Assembly: GCA_963713865.1 (NCBI GenBank)
Contig: OY970208.1
Span: forward strand, 1,184,001 to 1,248,000
Direction of reading: 5' to 3'
Length of the DNA: 64,000 bases
DNA from: an uncultured candidate division Zixibacteria bacterium
Lineage (GTDB): Bacteria; Zixibacteria; MSB-5A5; RBG-16-43-9
Below, piece after piece: positions 21,676-31,457 of this stretch. The position numbers and the translations under genes are program-made. Each line of letters opens with the position of its first letter. The stretch's first letter is position 1. Under the pieces are notes generated by a model that saw nothing but the letters and a program-made list of their open reading frames with translations, did no database searches and was not told the DNA's origin.

Positions 21676-21927
21676 AAGCTGTAATATTTTTTCATCCATT
21701 GTAAAGCTGGTGAGGAAATTCTGACTCTTGCACCGGTAAAGATGACCCTAAATGTTATCCGAGCAAAAGCGAGGAATCTGTGGAATCTTCAGTCGTTACG
21801 TTACTTCAGAATGACGTAGAATCGGAAATCACACAGTGTGCCCTCAAAGAAGATAAACACTTCTGAAGCAACTGGAGAACCGCATTGACACGGTCAATTC
21901 ATCTCAAAAACCACTCCCAAAACAAAA

Positions 21928-22000
21928 TGCGCCTTGCAGGAATCGAACCTGCGACCCACTGATTAAGAGTCAGTTGCTCTACCAGCTGAGCTAAAGGCGC
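21928..22000 (-). tRNA. tRNA-Lys (anticodon CTT), CCA not encoded
   Basis: GCGCCTTTAGCTCAGCTGGTAGAGCAACTGACTCTTAATCAGTGGGTCGCAGGTTCGATTCCTGCAAGGCGCA; canonical cloverleaf. Confidence 0.96.
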
Positions 22001-22268
22001 AATTTATCTATAATATTAGCCAAACTCTAAAAGTTTAGCTGCATAATTCAAAACAGCTCAATCTTCTTTCAAATATAGTGCATCAAAAGGATTTTTGTCA
22101 AGCTTTTTCCAGAGAAGACCTCTGAAAAGCTCGTAATGCGGGGCTGGGAGCCCAGCCTACGAGGATTTTAAGCGGAGAGATTAGTAGTTGCTCGATTTGT
22201 CAAGCTAAAAATACCTATTGAATCAGGTAACTGTATATTAAAAAATGTTATTAATCGATTTGGGGGTT

Positions 22269-25164
22269 TTACTTTTGAGGGACCTGAAGCTGATATTGTT
22301 TCATCTTGAATCTCAGGCTGGACTCAGGTATTTTCAAAGCTTGAGCGGCAAATTTTTTCACCCAGTTATTTTCGATCAAGGCCTTAAGAAGATACTGTTT
22401 CTCTAATAAGGAGAGCCTCTCATATAAAGATAGACTCTCTTTTTTGAATTCTTTGGGCAGAGGGAACTTATCCGATAGTAGCTCTTCCAACTTGAATTCG
22501 TCGCTCTGGCTGTAAGCTAAAATACGCTTGGTCTCATTTTCTAACTCCCGTACATTCCCGGGCCAATCATATTCAGAACAGAGCTCCAGGATTAAAGGTT
22601 TTAAAGAGAACGCCTTCTGGTCTCCTTTAGAATGGGTTTTTATGAAATAGTCAACTAAAAGAGGTATATCTTCTCTTCTTTCCTTTAAAGGGAGAAGCTT
22701 GAGATTAACTGCATTCAATCTAAAATAAAGGTCCTTGCGGAAGCGGCCTTGTGCGACTTCTTCTTCTAAATTCTTATTGGTGGAAGCGACAATCCGGATG
22801 TCGATCTTCTTGGGTTTGGTCTCTCCTAAGCGGGTGATAACCTTCTCCTCCAGTACTCTAAGTAGTTTTACCTGAATAGATGGGCTTAAATCTCCGATCT
22901 CGTCTAAATAAAGAGTTCCTCCATCCGCTTCCTCGAAAAGCCCCTTTTTGTCAAAGGTGGCACCGGTATAGGAACCTTTCTTATGCCCGAAGAGTTCGGA
23001 TTCTAACAAAGGCTCAGGCAGAGCCGCACAGTTAACAGCCACAAAATTCTTATCTTTACGGTTGCTGGAATAATGCAATGCCTTAGCCAAGAAGTCTTTA
23101 CCTGTTCCGGTCTCCCCTTCGAAAAGGACCGAGAGATTAGTATCCTTGATCTGCTCCAGCTTCCACAAGATCTTGAGCATCTGACTGTTGCGGGTGATGA
23201 TCTGGGAGAAGGAGCATCTTTCTTCCAAAAGCTTTCTTAACCTTAAATTATCTTCCTGCAGATTTCTCTTCTGAAGCTCAGAGAGTTTCAAAGCTAACAG
23301 ATCCGAAAAGGCTACTGCGAAATTCAGCTCTTTCTGGGTGAAGGATGAAATATCATTAACCCGGTCAAGATAGATGAAGCCGCAGACCTCCTCTCCGGTT
23401 AAAAGAGGTATGAGCAGGAGAGAGTTTATCTTCCCATTTTCTAAAACCTTCTGAACAGATGTGGGGTGAGTAAAGATCAAAGGCTTAAAGAGATTATCCT
23501 TAGTATCAGCAGAGGAGAGATTAAAGGAATTAGAAGGGACTAAACTCTTAGCCAGATTCCTGGCTTTGTCTGGCTCGATGTTATAGAGTGAAGGGCAAGA
23601 AGGCTCTTCTGCTACTCCGTTTCTATAAACTATAAAACCTCTTTCAGCCTGAATCTTAGAAGCCAAAACTATTAATCTTTCTTCCAGAACTTCCTTCCTG
23701 TATATCCTGATATTCAGTATCAGAGAAGTACTTCCTGAAAAGCTTGAATTCGTTTTCCGAGGAAAGGCTTTTCAGGCTTAAACTCTTTTCTATTTCATCC
23801 CGCAAATCACTGCAAAGGGAAAGATTCTCCTTTTCTTCAAGTTCTTCAAATATTTTTTCAGCTTTATTCAGAGAATAGAGAGAGTTTTCAAAATTTTCCT
23901 GTTCAAGTTCAAGTTTAGCATGAGTAAACTCAGTTAATCCTTCAAGATATCTCAAATTCAATTCAGCGGAAAGCTTCTTCGCCTTTCCCAAACAATTCAG
24001 TTTTTCCGGATAATCGAAACCCTGGTTACGAGATAAGGAGATATATACCTTGATCTGCTCATATTTAGCATCGATTTCCTCTAAGAGGCTAACCCCTTTC
24101 TCAAAGGCTTCTCTGGCTTTATCCTTTTCATTTTTCAGGCTGTAGATTTCGCCGGAGATCTTATAAGCCAATCCCTCCTCTAATTTTTCACCCAAGGCTT
24201 TAGAAACTTTTAAGGATTTCTCAACATCCTCTGAGGCTTTTTCTAATTCATTTCCCCTTAGCTCTAACTCGGCTAAAAGCCTGTAGCTCTGGCTGATAAT
24301 GCCACCTTCTGGTGCTATCTTTTCTCCGATTTTAATAGCATTCAGATAACAGGATTTAGCCTCCTCTAACTTTTTCTGTTGAAAATATAGTTCCCCTTGA
24401 TACTCGTAATAGATGGCTAAATCTCTTAAGGATTCGTTTCTGCTAAGAAGCTGAAAAGCTCGGAGAAAATAGGAAGAGGCTTTTTTAAACTCTCTTTTTA
24501 AAATCTTAAGATAACCTAGGGAGAGGAGGCAACGAGATAAATTAATTTTCTGGCCAGCATTCTTAGTTTCCTTTATGTTGGATAAAAGATGCTTTTCAGC
24601 TAAGTCCAGTTCACCGCTCAGGGTGTAAATTCTACCCAAGTTTCTCTGGAATATACCGAGGGTTACCCAATCCCGGCTTTTTTCTAAATAGGAGATGCAT
24701 TCCTTAAGGTATTCTACAGCCTGCACATAATCCGAACGGATGAAACAGATCTGGGCAAGTTTGTTATAGCTCTGGACAATCCCTCTCTCCTCGTCTATCC
24801 TTCTACAAGTGGCAATTGAATCCCTGAACTCATTTTCTGCCTGTTTCAATCTCCCTGAAGCAAGATAAGATTTGCCCAGGATTGATTGTACCTGGGCAAT
24901 CCTTTTGTTCTCTATGGTGTTCCTGAAGAGTTCAAAAGATTTTTTACCGCTCTCCAGCGATTCGTCGTATCTGCCCAGACCGTATAATGCCACTGCGGAA
25001 AGATAATAGAATACCCCCATATCCAAAGAGCTGGTATTTAAACCTCCTTGGGTTTCAACCTCCTTGAGCTGTTGCCCGGCCTCCTTGAATTTATCTTTTT
25101 CTAAGAGGTGTTCAATCTGCTCAAGTCTTTCCTTAATTGATAAACCTTCTAATTTCTCCTTCAT
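22269..25164 (-). CDS. TPR-GAF-sigma54 AAA+-HTH transcriptional activator; frameshifted (+1) at about 23687
   Basis: About 490 aa of TPRs, GAF-like LIPLLTGEEVCGFIYLD, GETGTGKD, ESELFGH..GSYTGA, LDEIG, WPGNVREL, Fis-like HTH; removing one base in CCAGAAC (23684-23690) gives 964 aa. Confidence 0.88.
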
Positions 25165-25466
25165 TTCTTCCTAGGTAAAGAAACGTTTTTGACTGACACA
25201 TCCTTATTGACAACTTCCTGACTTTTCTCTTTCACTACCACGATGATAACTCCAGAATTAAGAAGTGGTGATGAGAAGATATAGACTTGACTGGTGGACG
25301 GGGTTAGATCCGGATTCCTGATAATTGGGGGCTGTGGTCGCTTTACTTCCTCCCACGGGTGTTCTAATACAGGAATATCTGAACCATCGCCCGCGTAAAC
25401 AAGCGGAACTGAGAATGAGAATATGAGAAGTATCAAAAAGGGTGTCAGGCACTTCCTTAAAGTCAT
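25161..25466 (-). CDS. Small secreted protein with an EHPWEE motif
   Basis: AAGGAGG RBS; Sec signal ending VYA; ATGA overlap with the regulator start. Confidence 0.75.
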   Translation of the reverse strand: MTLRKCLTPFLILLIFSFSVPLVYAGDGSDIPVLEHPWEEVKRPQPPIIRNPDLTPSTSQVYIFSSPLLNSGVIIVVVKEKSQEVVNKDVSVKNVSLPRKK

Positions 25467-25764
25467 CTTTTTCGCCTCCTTTGCGCTTTTTTGGTTTTCT
25501 TTACCTTACTACTTCTTTCAAAAATGAGCTTTAAAACATCAATACAAAATAGATTTCTTACCACTAAAAATTTAGTCTATTTTAAAATATTGTCAAGTCT
25601 TTTTTTCAAAAATCTAACCAGAGAATCTTTTTATCTTACAATAAGTTATACGAACGAAGGGATTGATTTTGGAGCCAATTTCAGGATTGGTATTTCCAGG
25701 GGGAACAACTTAGATTTAAATTGCAGTGAAAGACTAATTTTAAAAGGATAGTTGATTAGATAAA

Positions 25765-26214
25765 CTACATCCCAGTTACTCTCAAGTTATATATTTTCCA
25801 CTTTCCATCTTTGAAGTAAAGACCCATGTTAGTATAATTCTTAATCCCGGTTATTTTGCTGACATAGGTAACTTCAACTGCGGCTGAATCCCTTTTAACT
25901 TTTGATTTCCCTATTACTACCAAACTGTTTTTCCAGCTCATCCGGGTAGATCCATCTCCGGTTAAATCTCTCAAAATTTCCTGTCTGATGTTAGGATAAA
26001 GTTCCTCCTTCTCTTTTACCGAAAAACCTTTCAGATTTTCACCTGCAATGTACTCCAAATCCAGATATTCCTTTAAAGCGGTGGTATCAGATTGATCCAC
26101 TGCGGTCATAAGTTTTTTTACCTCTTCCCTGGGATCAGGTTTATTAGAGCAGGAAGTCAAGGAGATTATAAAAAGTAAAAGGGATAAACCGATCATTTGA
26201 AAAAGCCTTTTCAT
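25765..26214 (-). CDS. Lipoprotein, NTF2-like/DUF4878-like
   Basis: LTSC lipobox; C-terminal KDGKWKI. Confidence 0.7.
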   Translation of the reverse strand: MKRLFQMIGLSLLLFIISLTSCSNKPDPREEVKKLMTAVDQSDTTALKEYLDLEYIAGENLKGFSVKEKEELYPNIRQEILRDLTGDGSTRMSWKNSLVVIGKSKVKRDSAAVEVTYVSKITGIKNYTNMGLYFKDGKWKIYNLRVTGM

Positions 26215-26679
26215 CTTTTCCTCACTTTCTTTTTGGCTGCCAATTTTTTAGGCTTAAACTTTTTAATTGAATCAAACAACTTGTTTTCTTCAGAAGAAAA
26301 TATCACTCAAACTTAAAGGTCTGTCAATACCTATTTATAGAATATTTTTGTTTAAAAGGTATCAGGGGCAGGCACAGGGGCCTGCCCCTACCTCTTTCTG
26401 TCATTCTGAAGGAATCCCACCAAAAGCTGGCGACTGAAGAATCTACTTCAAAGCAAAATTCAATAGATTCTTCGATTGACAAGGCGTGATCAGAATAACA
26501 GTAGAAGTAAGGTTATAGTTAAACGTTCCTACAAAACATCTTCAAATCATAAGGGTTAATATAGGGTTTGCTCCTGCATAATTCTGCAATATTAAAGGTT
26601 AATTCTGGTTGACAACTTCAGGATTTGTTACTTACTTTAGCAAAAGGCTTTTTGAAAGAAGGCGGAGGAGATAAAACGA

Positions 26680-27336
26680 ATGGAAAAAGAACTTAAAGTT
26701 TTTATGCAAAGATGTTACAATTCGGTCCTGGAGGGGAATAAAGAGGAGGTTATAAAGTTATCCAGAGAAGCTATTAAATTAAAATACGACCCCTATCTTG
26801 TAGTTGAGAAAGGTCTGGTCGAAGGCATTAAGAAGTTAGGAAAAGAATGGGAGCAGGGGAGTTGTTTTCTACCTGAACTGGTCTTAGGAGCAGAGGCGGT
26901 AAAGGCTGGTATCTCAATTCTACAAAAACAGATTTTAAAAGTAAAGGCTGAAAAGAAAAGATTGCCCCGGCTGATAATCGGCACCATCGAAGGGGATATA
27001 CATGATATCGGAAAGATGTTGGTTGCCACTATGCTCTCAGCCAACGGGTTTGAGGTGATCGATTTAGGCGTGGATGTCAAAGCTGAGGTTTTTGTCAAAT
27101 CTGCAAAAAGGTACGAGCCGAAATTCCTCTGTATTTCGTCTTTACTTACTACTACTATGCAGAATGAGATTCAGGTCATGGAGGGATTAAAAAAAGCTAA
27201 TCTAAGAAAAAAGATCAAAGTTATGGTGGGTGGGGCACCAGCCAGCCAGGGCTGGGCAAAAGAGATCGGAGCAGATTTCTACGGGGAGAATGCTATTTCA
27301 GCAGTAAAAATTGCTCGAAAAGAGATGAGCGAATGA
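26680..27336 (+). CDS. Corrinoid (B12-binding) methyltransferase protein, MttC/MtbC-like
   Basis: Cap domain FLPEL; GDIHDIGK (DxHxxG); SSLLTTTM; VGGAP. Confidence 0.92.
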   Translation: MEKELKVFMQRCYNSVLEGNKEEVIKLSREAIKLKYDPYLVVEKGLVEGIKKLGKEWEQGSCFLPELVLGAEAVKAGISILQKQILKVKAEKKRLPRLIIGTIEGDIHDIGKMLVATMLSANGFEVIDLGVDVKAEVFVKSAKRYEPKFLCISSLLTTTMQNEIQVMEGLKKANLRKKIKVMVGGAPASQGWAKEIGADFYGENAISAVKIARKEMSE

Positions 27337-28244
27337 AAGGAACGCAAGGTAAAAAATCTATATTAGAATTGGGCAGGGAAAAGGTGGTTTTATTGGATGG
27401 GGCAATGGGAACGATGCTTTTCTCTGCGGGTCTGCCCTACAATAAACCGCCTGAACTGTGGAACCTTTCACATCCAGAAATAATTTTAAAGATTCACCAG
27501 AGATATATCCGGGCAGGTGTAGATATAATCCAGACCAATACTTTCGGAGCAAGCAGCCTGAAGTTAAAAAAATCAGGAAATGAAAAGAAGGTGGGGAAAA
27601 TCAATCTATCTGCAGTGAGGATTGCAAATGAAGCCTGTCCGGTTGACAAGTATGTTGCCGGGAATATCGGACCCAGCGGTGAATTTTTTGAGCCTTTAGG
27701 TAAGGCAAAATTTAGAGAGCTAAAAAAAGTTTTTTCCAGACAGGCTGAACTGCTTTTGGGAGGTGGAGTTGACCTTTTTTCTATTGAGACGATGTTTGAT
27801 TTAAGAGAAGCCTTATCCGCAGTTGAAGGAGTTAGGGAAGTATCTTCACTTCCCCTTTTCATCTGTATGACCTTTGAAAAAAAAATCAAGGGGTATTTTA
27901 CGCTGATGGGGGATGAGGTTTCATTCTCTTTGAAAAAGCTCGAAGAGGCAGGTGCGGATGTGGTTGGGGCTAACTGTACCCTGGGTAGTGCAGAGATGAT
28001 AGGATTGATCCCGGTAATGAAGAAAAGCACAAATCTACCGCTAATAGTTCAGCCAAATGCTGGAAAACCGGTGATTCGCAAAGGGAAAACGGTTTATCTT
28101 CAAAAACCAGATTCTTTTGCTAAGGATATATTTAGGATGATAAAGTCAGGGGTTAATTTTGCAGGAGGGTGCTGTGGCACTACCCCGGAATTTATTAGAA
28201 AGATTAAGGAAGGTTTGGAAAACTGTGAAAGACGGAAGTGCTGA
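27333..28244 (+). CDS. Homocysteine S-methyltransferase domain (stand-alone MetH N-terminal module)
   Basis: LLDGAMGT, TNTFGA, ETMFD, GANC, PNAG, GGCCGTTP (Zn ligands). Confidence 0.92.
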   Translation: MKGTQGKKSILELGREKVVLLDGAMGTMLFSAGLPYNKPPELWNLSHPEIILKIHQRYIRAGVDIIQTNTFGASSLKLKKSGNEKKVGKINLSAVRIANEACPVDKYVAGNIGPSGEFFEPLGKAKFRELKKVFSRQAELLLGGGVDLFSIETMFDLREALSAVEGVREVSSLPLFICMTFEKKIKGYFTLMGDEVSFSLKKLEEAGADVVGANCTLGSAEMIGLIPVMKKSTNLPLIVQPNAGKPVIRKGKTVYLQKPDSFAKDIFRMIKSGVNFAGGCCGTTPEFIRKIKEGLENCERRKC

Positions 28245-28256
28245 GTAGTAAAGGGT

Positions 28257-28284
28257 GTAGAGACGCATTGCTATGCGTTTCTAC
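28257..28284. repeat. GTAG-headed REP-like palindrome
   Basis: GTAGAGACGCATTGCTATGCGTTTCTAC; related copy at 31239-31263. Confidence 0.75.
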
Positions 28285-28451
28285 GAAAGAATAATCGCGT
28301 AAGGGTGGGTGAAGAGCTGGTTGAGCGAAGCGAAATCCCGCTTTAGCGGGATCTCCACCCTTCACCCTTGTCAGGTCGGGGGACCTGACAAACACTGAGT
28401 ATTTTTTAATGATTAAAGCTAAAGCTTTACACTCCAGTTTGAAGATAAAAT

Positions 28452-29090
28452 ATGTTTGAGATAATTGAGAATTTCAAGGTAACAGTTGATCATAAGGAAA
28501 TATTAAGGCTTTTAGGGCATACCCCAGAAGATAAAAAGATAAAAGATAGCTCAAGGAAATTGATTGTGGAGATGATAGAGCTTTCTTTTGAGCTGACTAA
28601 ACCTAAAGGGATTTATACTGTCAAAGATATAAAAGAATTGCCAGAAGAATGCTCTTTTAACTCAGGTGAAAAAGTTGCATTCGGAATATCTACTATCAGT
28701 GAGAAGTTAGAGAAAAAGGTTAAGAGTTTAAGTTCTAAGGGTGAACAAACCAGAGCGGTTATTTTGGATGCCATTGGTTCTGTGGCGGCTGAATATACAG
28801 CAGAATATCTGAATCAGATTATCATAGATAAAGCTGAAGAAGATAATCTATATCATAGCCCCAGGTTCAGTCCGGGATATGGAGGATGGAAGTTAGAAGG
28901 GCAGAGACTTATCTTCAATTTATTACCAGCAGAAAAGATCAGAGTGAGTTTAAATCAATTTTATATGATGGTACCTAAAAAATCGGTCTCCTTTGCAGTT
29001 AATTTGAGCAGAAATCGTTTTAAAGGGAAAAACCTGTCACCCTGCGAAATCTGTGGATTAAAAGAGTGCCATTTTAAAAAAGAAAAATGA
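28452..29090 (+). CDS. Stand-alone MetH reactivation (AdoMet-binding) domain
   Basis: LDAIGSVAAE, RFSPGYG, MMVPKKSVS, C-terminal CxxCxxxxC. Confidence 0.85.
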   Translation: MFEIIENFKVTVDHKEILRLLGHTPEDKKIKDSSRKLIVEMIELSFELTKPKGIYTVKDIKELPEECSFNSGEKVAFGISTISEKLEKKVKSLSSKGEQTRAVILDAIGSVAAEYTAEYLNQIIIDKAEEDNLYHSPRFSPGYGGWKLEGQRLIFNLLPAEKIRVSLNQFYMMVPKKSVSFAVNLSRNRFKGKNLSPCEICGLKECHFKKEK

Positions 29091-29100
29091 AGGAGGGAAC

Positions 29101-30579
29101 TTGAGGATATTCAGGCGTCCTGAATTAGAACTCTTAGATAAGAAAAGGGTTGAGCATATTATAGATGAAGCTTTGGAGCTGCTTTTAAAGGTTGGAGTTT
29201 TTGTGGAGAACAAAGAAGGGCTTGCTCTTTTGGGTGATGCTGGAACAGGGATAGATAAGAAGAAGAAAAGAGCCTATCTTAAAAAAGAGTTGGTTGAAAG
29301 ATGTCTTAAAACTTGTCCAAAGGTAATTGAGGTTTATGACCGTGAAGAGAGGTTAGCTCTAAATCTAAAAGAAGATAAAGTCCATTTCAATCCCGGCTCT
29401 GCGGCTCTTTGGATTTATGACTTAAAAAAAGATGTGATCAGAGAACCAGTAACTTCTGATCTGATTAAATTTGCCCAGCTGGTGGATGGGTTGGATTACC
29501 TGAAAGCCCAGAGCACTGCTTTAATCCCTTCGGATGTGCCCAAGAAAATGGCAGATCGGTATCGGCTTTTCATTTCACTTTTATTTTCAGTTAAGCCAGT
29601 TATCACCGGGACATTTGAGAAAGATGCTTTTAAGATTATGAAAGATATGCTGGTTTGTATTAGAGGTGGCGAGGGTAATTTAAGAAAAAAGCCCTTAGCC
29701 ATTTTCGACTGTTGTCCATCGCCCCCTTTGAAATGGAGCGATTTAACCTGCCAGAACTTGATCGATTGTGCGAAAAGCGGGATCCCGGCTGAGCTGGTCT
29801 CTATGCCTTTAAGCGGGGCAACTGCACCGATTACCTTAGTTGGAAGCTTAGTTCAGCATACGGCGGAGAATCTAAGCGGGATCGTTATCCATCAACTTAC
29901 TCGCAGAGGTTCGCCGATTATCTACGGTGGCTCACCCTCCGGTTTTGATATGAGGACCGGGACAACTCCCATGGGGGCAATCGAGACTATGATGATAGAT
30001 TCAGCTTTTAACCAGATCGGGAAGTATTTTGGACTCCCCACCCATGCCTATATGGGGCTTAGCGACTCCAAGACAATGGATTATCAAGCCGGTTTAGAAT
30101 CAGGGATCGGTGCGATTTTAGCTGCCTTATCCGGGATAAATGTTGTTTCCGGACCAGGTATGCTCGATTTTGAAAGTTGCCAGAGTTTAGAGAAGCTGGT
30201 TATAGATAACGAGATCTGCGGGATGGCATATCGATTGATTGAGGGGATTAATTTTAAAGATAAAACTCCTTCTTTAGACCTGTTCAAGGAGGAGTTTTTA
30301 GAAAAAGGGTTTTTGACCTCTCCTTATACTCTTAAATGGTTTAAAAAGGAGTTTTTCTTTCCCAGCCAGGTGATAGACCGGTCAAATTTAGGTGAATGGA
30401 TCAAGAAAGGTAAAAAGAGCGCGATCTGGAAAGCCAGGGAACTGGTTGAGAAAATAGTTTCTCTTAAAAGCTTTAACCAGGTTCCGGTAGAAAAAAAGAA
30501 AGAGCTTCAGAAGATTATCCTGATGGATGCGAAGAACTATGAATTTGATCAGGAGTTGAAGAAGAGGTTTAAGAATTGA
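29101..30579 (+). CDS. Trimethylamine methyltransferase (MttB) family protein, non-pyrrolysine
   Basis: SPPLKW, GATAPITL, DMRTG, GLSDSK...QAGLES, GPGML; no in-frame TAG. Confidence 0.9.
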   Translation: MRIFRRPELELLDKKRVEHIIDEALELLLKVGVFVENKEGLALLGDAGTGIDKKKKRAYLKKELVERCLKTCPKVIEVYDREERLALNLKEDKVHFNPGSAALWIYDLKKDVIREPVTSDLIKFAQLVDGLDYLKAQSTALIPSDVPKKMADRYRLFISLLFSVKPVITGTFEKDAFKIMKDMLVCIRGGEGNLRKKPLAIFDCCPSPPLKWSDLTCQNLIDCAKSGIPAELVSMPLSGATAPITLVGSLVQHTAENLSGIVIHQLTRRGSPIIYGGSPSGFDMRTGTTPMGAIETMMIDSAFNQIGKYFGLPTHAYMGLSDSKTMDYQAGLESGIGAILAALSGINVVSGPGMLDFESCQSLEKLVIDNEICGMAYRLIEGINFKDKTPSLDLFKEEFLEKGFLTSPYTLKWFKKEFFFPSQVIDRSNLGEWIKKGKKSAIWKARELVEKIVSLKSFNQVPVEKKKELQKIILMDAKNYEFDQELKKRFKN

Positions 30580-30795
30580 TAATAAATGTCATTTTGAGCG
30601 AAGCGAAAAATCTAAGGCTAAAAGGAAGAAGACTCTTTGCCCATTTTTCCCAGAATGACAGAATGAAACAGAAGTATCCAACTTTGACGGACTGTACCTT
30701 TACAATTTCAGTATAATTCTTTACTATTTTACTAAGAAAATTCAAGTTTTCCCTGATTTTGCCGATAAAAACAATAGAACTTTCAAGATTTTTAC

Positions 30796-30823
30796 TTGAC
30801 AAAACCGGTTTTTTACGTATATT
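30796..30823 (+). promoter_or_regulatory. Sigma70-type promoter for the csp gene
   Basis: TTGACA-N16-TATATT, followed by a long leader with hairpin ACCATGAGAG...CTTTCATGGT and a T-run. Confidence 0.55.
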
Positions 30824-30971
30824 GATATTGTAAGGGATTAGAAGGAAAGAGTTAGTTGATTTTAAAATACCTTAAAAGATTTTAATTGACCATGAGAGTT
30901 TTTAGTTTTGTAGTATCTTTCATGGTTTTTTTGTTTTAACGTCAGGTTAGTGAAAGGTGGTGAATAAGATT

Positions 30972-31175
30972 TTGGCAGAAGGGAAAGTGAAGTGGTTCAA
31001 CGAGGCTAAGGGATTTGGATTTATCGAGCCCAAGGAAGGGGGGAAGGATGTCTTTGTGCATTATTCCGCGATAAAGTCGGAGGGATATAAGTCCCTGAAA
31101 GAGGGAGACGAGGTTAGCTTCGATACTACCGAGGGTCCTAAAGGACCGCAGGCAATTAATGTAGTTAAATTATAA
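30972..31175 (+). CDS. Cold-shock protein (probable TTG start at 30972)
   Basis: GKVKWFN, KGFGFI (RNP1), DVFVHYS (RNP2). Confidence 0.95.
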   Translation: MAEGKVKWFNEAKGFGFIEPKEGGKDVFVHYSAIKSEGYKSLKEGDEVSFDTTEGPKGPQAINVVKL

Positions 31176-31197
31176 TATAAGATTTAACCGCATTATC

Positions 31198-31230
31198 AAC
31201 CCTCCCGTATAAAAGCGGGAGGGTTTTTTA
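31198..31230 (+). terminator. Rho-independent terminator after csp
   Basis: AACCCTCCCG-loop-CGGGAGGGTT followed by T-run. Confidence 0.85.
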
Positions 31231-31457
31231 TTTTATTTGTAGAGACGCATAGAATGCGTCTCTTTATTATTCCCCTCCTTTTCAAGGAGAGGGTCAGGGT
31301 GAGGTCATAGTACTAAAAAAGGAACAGACAAGATGTCTGTTATACCATTTTTTGTGACCCTGAAAGGGTCACACTACGAAATGCTACCAGGAGTGCATCA
31401 GCTTGTCGAGATTGACCTTGAGGCTGATGCAAACAAAAGCAAGCTTTTGCACTCCAA

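Noticed and set aside
21676-22268. Prophage or integrative element at tRNA-Lys
   Set aside because: No integrase and no duplicated tRNA 3' end noticed in the window.
25491-25751. 86-aa plus-strand ORF
   Set aside because: AT-rich promoter region of the minus-strand peptide/regulator operon; no RBS or protein-like features.
26215-26679. Cobalamin or SAM riboswitch ahead of the corrinoid cluster
   Set aside because: No recognisable B12-box or S-box core; the region holds REP-like repeats and an AT-rich promoter.
29101-30579. Pyrrolysine-containing MttB
   Set aside because: ORF is uninterrupted, with Leu at the equivalent position; no pyl genes in the window.
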